Source: Spirochaetota bacterium (lineage in GTDB: Bacteria; Spirochaetota; UBA4802; JAFGJZ01). Taken from it: 64,000 nucleotides of DNA. This document shows, one piece after another, positions 1-8,759 of the stretch. Each line of letters starts with the position of its first letter. Position 1 is the first letter of the stretch. The notes beneath the pieces were generated by a model that was not told where the DNA came from, did no database searches, and saw only the letters and a program-made list of their open reading frames with translations. Location: positions 2,059-66,058 of the forward strand of contig DAOPBR010000004.1 of the NCBI GenBank assembly GCA_035395685.1, written 5' to 3'. The translations under genes and the position numbers were made by a program.

Positions 1-249
1 AACATTCTTCAACCGGTTTACCATTTTCGTCGAGCAGTGTGTTTCCGAAAAGATTCAGCGTGCCGAAATATTCCTTTAAATATATTTTCATTGCATTGAT
101 GTCTCCGCTGAGTTTCGCATCGGCAGACATTCCGATAATTCCTTTTCGGTACTCTCCAAGAGAGTAGAATGATACGGCGGTAACAGAAATTAGTACTATA
201 AAAATAGTCTGAAAAAGAAGTATTTTTGAAATTGAAAGAGATTTCATTA
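1..249 (-). CDS. Partial CDS (N-terminus only; gene runs off window start). Translates as MKSLSISKILLFQTIFIVLISVTAVSFYSLGEYRKG...: a TM helix followed by a periplasmic sensor-like region, typical of MCP or histidine-kinase N-termini
   Basis: Manual reverse translation of 1-249 gives an open frame starting at ATG (RC of 247-249) with hydrophobic TM segment; not in ORF track because truncated. Confidence 0.4.
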
Positions 250-671
250 GAGACACCTCAGTAGAAGCAATGAAACAATAATGACAACATGGTGATGGTA
301 TCATGAGAGGGTGAATTAATCAAGATAAAAGGTATGCCCTAAAGCCAGGCGGGCTCGAAAGGCTTCGATACTTCCGAGTGTCGGAATACAATCAAAGGCT
401 TCGCCTTTGTAATTCTGGTTTCGCATGGATCATGCGATAATATTCAAAGGGACGAGGGGCTCGTCCTCGGCGATTTTGACATCCTGTCATCGCCTCGCTC
501 GTGCTCATCGTGAGCACACGGCCGCTCATCATCCTGTGCGCCAGGATGGCGCGAATCCAACGCGGACAGGAAGTCCATAAGCGTTGGACAGAGAGATCCC
601 ATTCCCGGCTTTTGTCGCGACAGAACTATCGCGCATTTCTTCGAAATGACAGCGATAGTCTGCGCGAATAA

Positions 672-691
672 AGTATTCGGCTTCGCCGAAT
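672..691. repeat. 20-nt palindromic element AGTATTCGGCTTCGCCGAAT (copy 1)
   Basis: Identical 20-mer at 56396-56415; hairpin ATTCGGC-ttc-GCCGAAT. Confidence 0.8.
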
Positions 692-942
692 GTTTTAGTT
701 TTTTTGATATAATTCTCTTTTTGCTGAAGCAGTAAAATTTATGAAAAAATTCTCTTTCCCGGTCTCTCCTTTAATAAAGGAGAGACCGGGAAAGAGAAAT
801 AATCTATTGATTCAGTTGTGTAAGCCCCTCTTTATTTCAAAGAGGGGTTTGTGGTGATTAATCTTCATTCTCCAATTGATAATTTAAAGAATTTAAACGG
901 TAATTTGAGATGGCTAAATATTTAATACTAATCAATAAATAT

Positions 943-972
943 TTGACTTGAATCTGATTAATCGTTTACAAT
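943..972 (+). promoter_or_regulatory. Sigma70-like promoter: TTGACT (943-948), 18-nt spacer, TACAAT (967-972), upstream of 998 start
   Basis: Near-consensus -35/-10 hexamers followed by AAGGAG RBS (983-988) and ATG at 998. Confidence 0.4.
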
Positions 973-997
973 CCGTTTGATAAGGAGAAATTTCATT

Positions 998-1672
998 ATG
1001 CTAAAAATTCTACGTTTTACTGCAGTATTGTCGGTAATGCTTTTTTTGTTTTCTGCTTCGGTTATAGGCGCTCCGAGTATTGATGATACGATAAAGACTG
1101 ACATAGTGGTTGTGTTTAATCCCAAGATTAAAAGTATGCAGCATACCGCTGTGGCTCTTCTTCCTTTCATTTATAATAAAGCCGACGGCACAGAAGTTTC
1201 ATTTCAGAAAACTGTAACCGAAAATTACCGCGGTGCATTTGAAACATATTTTATTAAAACAGGTTTTGATATCATTGACCGTGACCAGATTGACAAAATA
1301 CTGAACGAGCAGCAGTTTGCGATGACCGGGATATCCAAAGATGATCAGAAAAGGCTCGGTAAACTTCTCAATGCGGACAGCCTCGTGATTGCCCAGCTGA
1401 ATAATTATGACATGGTTCCTGTTTCAGGAACTGAAACTGTTTCGAAAGGGCTTCTTTCTCCATCCGGTGACAGAAAATATAATGGATACATTGCCCTGAC
1501 TCTTAAAGCAATACATGTTGAAACTGGAGTTCTTATCTGGAAGATGAATTTATCCGCAACAATAACCGATATGCCGGGAAACAATTACAGCGCGTATTAT
1601 GATCGTGCGCTCAAGCGTATTTGCGGTGAAGCGGTAGACATGTTTATTCGCGAATATGGAAAATTAAAGTAA
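998..1672 (+). CDS. Secreted protein with SPI-type signal peptide; weak resemblance to CsgG/LpoB-like (TolB-N-like) periplasmic proteins (motif IDRDQIDKILNEQQFAMTG)
   Basis: ORF 977-1672 trimmed to ATG 998 because 977 lies inside the promoter and 998 has a good RBS; signal peptide MLKILRFTAVLSVMLFLFSASVIGAP. Confidence 0.6.
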   Translation: MLKILRFTAVLSVMLFLFSASVIGAPSIDDTIKTDIVVVFNPKIKSMQHTAVALLPFIYNKADGTEVSFQKTVTENYRGAFETYFIKTGFDIIDRDQIDKILNEQQFAMTGISKDDQKRLGKLLNADSLVIAQLNNYDMVPVSGTETVSKGLLSPSGDRKYNGYIALTLKAIHVETGVLIWKMNLSATITDMPGNNYSAYYDRALKRICGEAVDMFIREYGKLK

Positions 1673-1689
1673 GGAAAGTAAGAGACTGA

Positions 1690-1830
1690 GGCTGATAGTT
1701 TTCAGAAGTATCTGAGAAATTATAAACTTAAAAATATGGAACTCCTGTGAAGATTATCGACGGAATTTTAAAGTGCCGGCATGATGTTCATTGGTTTTGA
1801 CTGTTATATTTATTGAGAAAAAGCATCGTA
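1690..1830 (+). pseudogene. Decayed internal fragment (about 45 codons, 1-nt deletion causing frameshift and stops) of a paralog of the lipoprotein gene at 4688-5551
   Basis: About 80% nucleotide identity between 1690-1830 and 4867-5007 (ggctgatagttttcaga...aagatt.tcgacggaa.ttt.aagt.ccggca.gatgttcatt); translation ADSFQKYLRNYKLKNMELL* then TPVKIIDGILKCRHDVHWF* vs ADSFQNFLRSFPLKKYGTPVKIFDGSLKYRQDVH. Confidence 0.55.
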
Positions 1831-1881
1831 TATGGATATTGTATTTAATTAATACCCATATACGTTTTGCGTAATGTGAAT

Positions 1882-2502
1882 TTATTTAAGAGTTTTGGTA
1901 TTTTTGCCAATATCTTTTACGATATACTCTGAAAATATTTGAAAAGCTTCTTCCGGACTATAAATTCCACCGATAGCAAACCCGTCTTTTACCCATTGCG
2001 GATTATATTTGGCATGAGCGATTTCATTTCCTGAAGGAAATTCAAATAGCTGAGCTATTGTTGAACATTGATATAAATCGGCTGTAGTATCAGTATCAAT
2101 CTCAAGAAAAAGAGGAACCCATATTACGTATAGATAGTCAACTTTGAGTTTTGATGCGATTTCGCGTAATGAAGCAACATCCGTCTTGGAATAATTTTCA
2201 TTGATCTCTGATGATATTACCATTCCGTATGGACCTTTAATTTTCTGCGGATAATCCGGGATAAGCTTCATTGTTTCAGTCTGTTTGACAACATTGAAAG
2301 TAGAAGACTTTATTAATTCAGTTTCAATGGCTGATACAAACAATAAGCTTATATCTTTGTATTTGGGTTCGGCGCATATAACGGCGATTCTGCTGTTTGG
2401 TTTTACATCTTTTTTTAAAAATACATGATCTACTACGCAGCTTGTTGTTAAGAAAAGCAGAGAGCAAAAAAAGATCTTCAGCATTAAACTAATTTTTTTC
2501 AT
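1882..2502 (-). CDS. Lipoprotein (lipobox LTTSC), function unknown; tandem paralog of 2524-3159
   Basis: Signal peptide plus Cys; GGAG RBS 8 nt upstream; shares architecture and motifs (DYLYVIW / DYLLVVW) with the neighbouring gene. Confidence 0.7.
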   Translation of the reverse strand: MKKISLMLKIFFCSLLFLTTSCVVDHVFLKKDVKPNSRIAVICAEPKYKDISLLFVSAIETELIKSSTFNVVKQTETMKLIPDYPQKIKGPYGMVISSEINENYSKTDVASLREIASKLKVDYLYVIWVPLFLEIDTDTTADLYQCSTIAQLFEFPSGNEIAHAKYNPQWVKDGFAIGGIYSPEEAFQIFSEYIVKDIGKNTKTLK

Positions 2503-2523
2503 TTATTATCTCCAATAGTTTTA

Positions 2524-3159
2524 TTACCTAAAATATTTATCTATATCCGCAGTTGTTCCTTCGACAGCAGATAAAAGAATTTTTTCTACATATGCTTCAT
2601 CGGGCTGACCTGTTATTGAAAGAGTCGCATTTCCAATATAGGCATCCGAAGAAAACCCGATAATTCTTTTAGTTCTAGTTTCATACATCCGGGTATAAAT
2701 CGGAATATAAGACCGATAACCCCACTTATTGCTGACAGTATATAAAGATCCGGCCCATACAACCAGCAAATAATCTGATTTCATTTTTTCACTTAGTTCT
2801 TCTATTTTTTGCATGCTTGTTTCTGAAAGATATTCTGTTCTATGTATGGCAGGATCGCTGGCAATTTCAAAGTCAATAACATTATGATTCAAAGGGTATT
2901 TGTTGATCTTTCTGGATATTTCTGATTGCGAAATCAGAATAAAACGACCGTTTGAAAGTAATTGCTCTGAGAATTTTGTTGCAAGTAAAATATCAACATC
3001 ATTGTTGGTTCCTGCAAAAACTACAATTTTTTGATTTGGCTTGAACTTGAAATTTTCATCAAGCGCTTTGTATTTTACCAAGCTTGATTCTGAAGTTTGA
3101 CAACCGGTAAAAATTGTAAACAGAACAATTGATGATAAGACACATTTGAAGCATTTCAT
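2524..3159 (-). CDS. Lipoprotein (lipobox FTGC), function unknown; tandem paralog of 1882-2502
   Basis: ORF 2524-3183 trimmed to internal ATG (MKCFKC...) preceded by AAGGAG; signal peptide plus Cys. Confidence 0.7.
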   Translation of the reverse strand: MKCFKCVLSSIVLFTIFTGCQTSESSLVKYKALDENFKFKPNQKIVVFAGTNNDVDILLATKFSEQLLSNGRFILISQSEISRKINKYPLNHNVIDFEIASDPAIHRTEYLSETSMQKIEELSEKMKSDYLLVVWAGSLYTVSNKWGYRSYIPIYTRMYETRTKRIIGFSSDAYIGNATLSITGQPDEAYVEKILLSAVEGTTADIDKYFR

Positions 3160-3175
3160 ATATATTTTCTCCTTA

Positions 3176-3931
3176 TTAGTCATTCATTGTTATTCTAAAT
3201 CCAATGTTGTTCTTTAGAGTCCTGTCCTTGAAATCATATCTTAAACCTACCTGAAGATAATATAACGCACTGTCAAAACTTCCGCCGCATGCTATTCTAT
3301 ATCCGCCTGAAGATAAACTTTCATCAAATGTCCATTCCCATACATTTCCGCTCATGTCAAACAATCCCGACGAATTGCTTTTTTTTGATCCAACTACTTG
3401 TGAAGTTTTGTTCGAGTTGTTGATAAACCATGCAAAATCTTCAATATTAAAAGTTTTATTGTCAGCATCATAAACAATACTTGGACAATTTCCGGGAAGT
3501 AGAAATCCTGAATGCCGGTCTTTAGTTGCCGTGTTTGCTTTATTGACTTTTCGTGCTGCATATTCCCACTCTTTTGCTGAAGGCAAACGAACACCTTTTG
3601 CTTCAGTCTTTTGAAAAGGATATGTGGTATCATAGGTTATTCCGTCAGCGACAACTGATTGTAGCGATGACTTTATCGGGCTTTTAAATGATTTGTCATG
3701 ATAATAAACAAAATCTAACTTGAGATTATTTCCGCTCGTTTTATTGATATATTCTGTGCAGGCATTGCACCAAACAATAATGTCCTGCCATGTTAAATTA
3801 GTAACCGGTTGAAGTTCGCTTCCTGAGTCATTACTTCCCTTATTTCCAGAACAAGAAAAAGAATAACCGTTTGATTTAGCCCATCTAAATACAGCAACCC
3901 ATGTTTTATAAGTGATTTCTGTAGTTCCCAT
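3176..3931 (-). CDS. Formylglycine-generating-enzyme (FGE/SUMF1-type) domain protein; the domain N-terminus continues about 39 codons upstream of the first ATG without a canonical start (see finding)
   Basis: GNVWEWT motif, C-terminal ACGGSF...R..R region typical of FGE-sulfatase domain; upstream in-frame TVFISKGRFRSG matches the family N-terminal V.IP.G.F.MG consensus. Confidence 0.75.
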   Translation of the reverse strand: MGTTEITYKTWVAVFRWAKSNGYSFSCSGNKGSNDSGSELQPVTNLTWQDIIVWCNACTEYINKTSGNNLKLDFVYYHDKSFKSPIKSSLQSVVADGITYDTTYPFQKTEAKGVRLPSAKEWEYAARKVNKANTATKDRHSGFLLPGNCPSIVYDADNKTFNIEDFAWFINNSNKTSQVVGSKKSNSSGLFDMSGNVWEWTFDESLSSGGYRIACGGSFDSALYYLQVGLRYDFKDRTLKNNIGFRITMND

Positions 3932-4029
3932 CCAGAAATTATGACTGCATAATTCTTCTCTATCATCATTTAATCCGGATCTGAAACGGCCTTTAGAAAT
4001 AAAAACTGTGTCGAAAGAAATGTTGCCTA

Positions 4030-4386
4030 TCAGAATTTTTTTATGTTTTTATTTTCATTTTTTGCATCTGAGTTTATGGTGCCCGCTTTTTGATAAACGG
4101 ATAACCCGACTATTGAATTATTTTTTAGTTCTTTTGAAATCTTGCATTTAACAATGGTCATCATCGGAAACTCAACCGTTAGCGGTAAATACTGACCGTT
4201 AACATATATATATAGTTGATCTCCAATTTTTACTTTGTCTGCAAAACTTGAATTGTTCATAACTACTACAATGCAATCGTGACGTACTTCGCGGATTTTA
4301 CCTATAGCATCTGCGTTATCTGAAGATTTTAGTAATATATTATGACTGATAATACAGAATAATATCAGTAAAAATTTTTTTACCAA
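4030..4386 (-). CDS. Small Sec-secreted protein (118 aa); possibly the detached N-terminal part of the FGE-domain protein (joined by +1 nt at the A7 tract 4036-4042)
   Basis: Signal peptide MVKKFLLILFCIISHNILL; stop overlaps the open upstream extension of the FGE frame; an A8 instead of A7 would fuse the frames. Confidence 0.55.
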   Translation of the reverse strand: MVKKFLLILFCIISHNILLKSSDNADAIGKIREVRHDCIVVVMNNSSFADKVKIGDQLYIYVNGQYLPLTVEFPMMTIVKCKISKELKNNSIVGLSVYQKAGTINSDAKNENKNIKKF

Positions 4387-4687
4387 ATTATGTTCCTTTT
4401 TTTATAAAAAGGATGAAGTGTTATTGAAATCGTCAAGACAAATTTGATGAAAGAAGGAGTATAATCAAATATAATTCAAATGAGATAAGAATGGATTTAA
4501 TAGATAATACGGATTGTGAAGTTTTTTTGATCAGGTTATGTTTATGAAAAGGAATGGTTTGTCTGAAATATTCTTGCTTAAGATTGAAGAAGATTGAAAA
4601 ATTAAATTGTATTTTTACGGATACAAGTAAAAGAATTTGATTTAGATATATTAAAGTTCAATGAAGACATAATATAAAATTATTTAT

Positions 4688-5551
4688 TTGAGGTATAAGA
4701 AAGGAATGAAATTTAAAAAAATATTTACATTCATGATGCTACTTCTTCTATCTTCCTGTTCACTCACAGGGCAGACCGATAAGTCAGGTTTTTCTATCAA
4801 TAAAACCGCGATGAATATTCACGATAGATTTGTCATACCTTCTTCATACAAACGAATAGAATATCCGGCTGATAGTTTTCAGAATTTTCTGAGAAGTTTT
4901 CCGCTCAAAAAATATGGTACCCCGGTTAAGATTTTCGACGGAAGTTTGAAGTACCGGCAGGATGTTCATTGTTCAGTACTTGATATAGATACGGGCAAAA
5001 AAGATCTTCAGCAGTGCGCGGACGCTGTTATGCGGCTGAGAGCCGAATATCTTTACAAAACCGGTCAATATGAAAAGATTCATTTTAACTTTTCAAACGG
5101 TTTTCGTGCGGATTATCACAAATGGAAATTGGGCTACAGAATTAAAAATAGGTCAAACCGGATAGCATGGGTCAGATTAGCAGAACCCGATAATTCAAGA
5201 AAAACTTTTCGGGAATATCTCGATGTTGTTTTCATGTATGCAGGATCAGCGTCTCTCGAACGTGAACTGAAGAAAGTGCCGATTGGCGAAGTTTCGCCCG
5301 GGGATGTTCTCATTCAGGGCGGAAGTCCCGGTCATGCACTTATCGTAATGGATGCCGCCGAAGATATTAAAACCGGAAAAAGAATATTTATTCTCGCTCA
5401 GAGCTACATGCCCGCGCAGGATATTCATATTGTTATCAATCCCGAGAATGATGATATTTCTCCATGGTATGAGGCGGATCCTTCCGCTAAACAGATTATC
5501 ACGCCTGAGTGGAATTTTACAATTGATAACCTCATGCGCTTCAAAGATTGA
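4688..5551 (+). CDS. Lipoprotein (lipobox LSSCS), function unknown; parent of the decayed fragment at 1690-1830
   Basis: Signal peptide plus Cys; 287 aa ORF; alternative start MKFKK at 4706. Confidence 0.7.
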   Translation: MRYKKGMKFKKIFTFMMLLLLSSCSLTGQTDKSGFSINKTAMNIHDRFVIPSSYKRIEYPADSFQNFLRSFPLKKYGTPVKIFDGSLKYRQDVHCSVLDIDTGKKDLQQCADAVMRLRAEYLYKTGQYEKIHFNFSNGFRADYHKWKLGYRIKNRSNRIAWVRLAEPDNSRKTFREYLDVVFMYAGSASLERELKKVPIGEVSPGDVLIQGGSPGHALIVMDAAEDIKTGKRIFILAQSYMPAQDIHIVINPENDDISPWYEADPSAKQIITPEWNFTIDNLMRFKD

Positions 5552-5624
5552 TAATATTTTATTGACACTATCCGGCATGATTTAACTATTTAAAAAAATA
5601 ACGGATAATTCCCGCGAGGTAATA

Positions 5625-7331
5625 ATGAGCTTAAAAGAATCTCTGATTAAAATGGAAGCGCACAATTCCATTTTTGAAAACGCGATACGTTCGCTAGAAA
5701 TCCCTACATGTGCGGTTTTCGGCAAAGGCGAAAACCTGAGCCCGGTTTCTTTCACAGAAGCTTCCGACACTATTTCTACAAAAGACAGCGCAAAAGTTGC
5801 AGAATCTTTCCCTCAGACAAGTTCTGCGTCAAAGAACAAGGTTCTAAGCGCTTCAGGAACTAATGCATCTCCTCTCAAAGGAAAAAGAGTTGCGGTTCTT
5901 TTTTCAGGCGGACCGGCTGCAGGCGGACACAATGTTGTTTACGGTCTCAAAAAAATTCTCGGAAAAGACAACACTCTTCTCGGAGTTAAAGCCGGCCCTA
6001 AAGGTCTTCTTGAAGGTAAGCTTTTTGAAATAACTGATGAAGCTGTAGCAAAAGTGAGAAACACCGGCGGATTCGATTTTCTCGGTTCAGACAGAACTAA
6101 GATCAAAACCGACGAGCAGTTTGCAAAAGTAAAAAAAACATGCGTAGACAATAAACTTGATGCCATCGTTGTAATCGGCGGAGATGATTCAAACACTAAC
6201 GCCGCGGTTCTTGCCGAGCTTCTTTTTTCAGGCGTAAAAGCCGACGGAAGCGGAGTTCAGGTAATCGGATGCCCTAAAACTATCGACGGTGATCTTCAGA
6301 TCGGAGATCTTCTTCCGATATCTTTCGGATTTGACACAGCTACTAAAATATATGCAGAGCTTGCGGGCAACATTCTTCAGGATACTCCATCTTCAAGAAA
6401 ATACTGGCACTTCATAAAACTTATGGGACGTTCTGCTTCTCATGTTGCTCTTGAAGTTGCAATGCAGGTTAAACCTCCGGTAGCCCTCATTTCGGAAGAA
6501 GTTTCTGAAAAGAAAATGCCTCTTTCTAAAATCGTTGATGACATTGCGAAAGTTGTAATCGACAGATCTAAAAACGGCATGAATTACGGTGCGGTTCTTA
6601 TTCCTGAAGGAATCATAGAATTTATCCCTGAGATGAACACTCTCATTGCCGAACTCAATGACAAGCTTGCAAGCGTTGAAGCAGAAATCTCAAAGATGAC
6701 TGCAGAAGAAAAACGTCCTTTCGTAATTGGAAAGCTTTCCTCAGAACACCAGAAGCTTATGAATTCTCTTCCTGTTTACATCGTAGACATGCTTCTTGCT
6801 GAAAGAGATTCACACGGAAATCTTCAGGTATCGCTTATCCCTACAGAAAAGCTTTTCATCGACATGGTTGCGAAGCGCGTTAAGGAGCTTGATTCAACAG
6901 TTCCTTTCGCTACTCTCAATCACTTCTTCGGTTACGAAGGCAGATGCGGAGCTCCGACTCTTTTCGACGCTGCATACTGCTACAATCTCGGACTCACTGC
7001 CGGTTCGCTAATCCTTTCAGGAAAAACAGGCTACATCGCGAGCGTGTCTGATCTTGATAAAGGCGGAAAACCGATCGGCATTCCTCTTACAGGTCTTCTC
7101 AATATCGAAAGACGTCACGGAAAGGACGAATTCGTTATTGAAAAAGCTCTTGTTAAAACTGATTCGGAAGCGTTTAAATATTTCGCTGAAAGAAGAGCTG
7201 AATGGGCAAAAGCTGATGTATTCGCATCATCCGGACCCCGTCAGCTTTGGGGACCAGCGGCAAAACAGATTCCTGTTACAGTTGCTCTCAACAGAAAATA
7301 CTCTTCGCTCGGATTCAATTTCGGTGAATAA
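5625..7331 (+). CDS. pfp: Pyrophosphate-dependent 6-phosphofructokinase (long, about 560-aa PPi-PFK type)
   Basis: GGPAAGGHN, GGDDSNTNAAVLAE, MGRSASHVALE motifs; N-terminal about 85-aa extension typical of long-type PFP. Confidence 0.9.
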   Translation: MSLKESLIKMEAHNSIFENAIRSLEIPTCAVFGKGENLSPVSFTEASDTISTKDSAKVAESFPQTSSASKNKVLSASGTNASPLKGKRVAVLFSGGPAAGGHNVVYGLKKILGKDNTLLGVKAGPKGLLEGKLFEITDEAVAKVRNTGGFDFLGSDRTKIKTDEQFAKVKKTCVDNKLDAIVVIGGDDSNTNAAVLAELLFSGVKADGSGVQVIGCPKTIDGDLQIGDLLPISFGFDTATKIYAELAGNILQDTPSSRKYWHFIKLMGRSASHVALEVAMQVKPPVALISEEVSEKKMPLSKIVDDIAKVVIDRSKNGMNYGAVLIPEGIIEFIPEMNTLIAELNDKLASVEAEISKMTAEEKRPFVIGKLSSEHQKLMNSLPVYIVDMLLAERDSHGNLQVSLIPTEKLFIDMVAKRVKELDSTVPFATLNHFFGYEGRCGAPTLFDAAYCYNLGLTAGSLILSGKTGYIASVSDLDKGGKPIGIPLTGLLNIERRHGKDEFVIEKALVKTDSEAFKYFAERRAEWAKADVFASSGPRQLWGPAAKQIPVTVALNRKYSSLGFNFGE

Positions 7332-7337
7332 AATAAA

Positions 7338-7365
7338 AGCCCGCTGCAAGGCGGGTTTTTATTTT
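7338..7365 (+). terminator. Rho-independent terminator after pfp
   Basis: GCCCGC-tgcaag-GCGGGT hairpin followed by TTTTTATTTT. Confidence 0.7.
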
Positions 7366-7378
7366 AGAGAAAATATTT

Positions 7379-7984
7379 ATGAACATAAAACTTGTAGTTT
7401 TTGATCTTGGCAATGTGCTTTTTACTTTTTCAGTTGACCGGGCTTTTAATTATTGGGCGGCAAAAACCGGAGAGAGTGCCGAATTGCTTAAAAGCCGCTT
7501 TGTTCAGGATGAGATGTATGATCTTCATGAAAAAGGTAAAATCACAACTTCGCAGTATTCCCAACATGTAACGGCTATGCTTAAAATCAGTCTTTCAGAA
7601 AATGATTTTTTAGACGGATGGAACGATATTCTCATGCATCCTATAATGCCTTCGTTTGAAGTTGTGCGGAATGTAAAAGAAAAAGGAATTCAAACTGCTG
7701 TATTGAGTAATACCAATTTCCCGCATACGGTTATATTAAAAGAGAAATATGGGAGTTTGTTCGGAATATTCGACGGTATATTTTTTTCAAATGATATCGG
7801 TTTCAGAAAGCCCGAAAAAGATTCATTTCTGCATGTGATAAATTCCTTAGGAGCAGATGCGAAAAACTCTCTGATGATAGATGATCTGAAAGAGAACATT
7901 ATAGGCGCGGCAGATATAGGTATGAATACTCTTCATCTTGAGGATTATACTGCTCTCGATGAAAGAATTAAAGTGTTTCTGTAA
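7379..7984 (+). CDS. HAD-superfamily hydrolase
   Basis: N-terminal VVFDLGNVLF motif I and overall HAD-like layout. Confidence 0.7.
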   Translation: MNIKLVVFDLGNVLFTFSVDRAFNYWAAKTGESAELLKSRFVQDEMYDLHEKGKITTSQYSQHVTAMLKISLSENDFLDGWNDILMHPIMPSFEVVRNVKEKGIQTAVLSNTNFPHTVILKEKYGSLFGIFDGIFFSNDIGFRKPEKDSFLHVINSLGADAKNSLMIDDLKENIIGAADIGMNTLHLEDYTALDERIKVFL

Positions 7985-7993
7985 AAACGCGTA

Positions 7994-8560
7994 TTACTTT
8001 CCGCATTCTTTATGACGGAAGCAGTCAGTTGTATGTCCGTTAATCATTCCGATTGCCATTATAAGAGCAAAAATTATAGTTGAGCCGACAAAGCTCATTC
8101 CGCGTTTTTTCAGTTCGTTTGAAATATGGTCTGAAAGTTCATCTTTTACCGGCATTTCGGACAGAGTCTTATATTTCGGATTTAGAGGTTTTCCATGAAT
8201 GAAACTCCAAATAAACTTGTCGAAACTTCCGAATTCTTTTTGTATTTCCAAAAAAACCTTGGCGTTTTGTATTGCAGATTTAATTTTCAGACGGTTGCGG
8301 ATAATTCCTTCGTTTTGCAAAAGCTTTTCAACATCAGAGGAAGTGAATGCTGCAACTTTTTTAGGATCAAAGTCCTTAAATGCTTTTCTGTAATTCTCAC
8401 GCTTTTTCAATATGGTTTCCCACGAGAGACCGGCCTGTGCGCCTTCAAGAACAATCATTTCAAAAAGCTTATTCTCGTCATGAAGCGGAACTCCCCACTG
8501 ATCATCATGATATTCTATATAAAGAGGATTTTTGAGGTTTACCCATCCGCAGCGTTTCAT
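7994..8560 (-). CDS. tag: DNA-3-methyladenine glycosylase I
   Basis: MKRCGWVN...YHDDQWGVP...WETIL...C-terminal Cys/His cluster; ORF 7994-8608 trimmed to conserved MKRCGW start. Confidence 0.85.
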   Translation of the reverse strand: MKRCGWVNLKNPLYIEYHDDQWGVPLHDENKLFEMIVLEGAQAGLSWETILKKRENYRKAFKDFDPKKVAAFTSSDVEKLLQNEGIIRNRLKIKSAIQNAKVFLEIQKEFGSFDKFIWSFIHGKPLNPKYKTLSEMPVKDELSDHISNELKKRGMSFVGSTIIFALIMAIGMINGHTTDCFRHKECGK

Positions 8561-8759
8561 GTAAATGCCTTTCTTTTTAAAATTTAATAATCTGAACATT
8601 TTTAGCATAATGATCCAATACTATAAAAGCATTTTTTATCATCTTAATATATTAATTTGACTTTTATTTTATGACATCATATTCTTAATCTTTAAGTTAG
8701 TTTTAATTATTCCATCGCTACGGTTATGATTAATAAATGATTGTGAGGACGATTTCAGA

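Noticed and set aside
330-720. RNase P RNA / tmRNA / SRP RNA hypotheses for the GC-rich hairpin block
   Set aside because: Found AGGAAGTCC and ACAGAAC-like strings, but they are only about 50 nt apart and in the wrong order for RNase P. No tmRNA tag-ORF or tRNA-like 3' end and no SRP domain-IV consensus. Left as an unknown structured element.
958-1170. 70-aa ORF on minus strand
   Set aside because: Antisense to the 998-1672 secreted-protein gene and overlaps its promoter; no RBS; spurious.
3394-3633. 79-aa minus-strand ORF
   Set aside because: Entirely inside the FGE-domain gene in another frame; low-complexity translation.
5246-5585. ORFs 5246-5578 (-) and 5352-5585 (+)
   Set aside because: Overlap the 3' end of the 4688-5551 lipoprotein gene; no support.
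8195-8587. 130-aa and 64-aa + strand ORFs
   Set aside because: Antisense within the tag gene.
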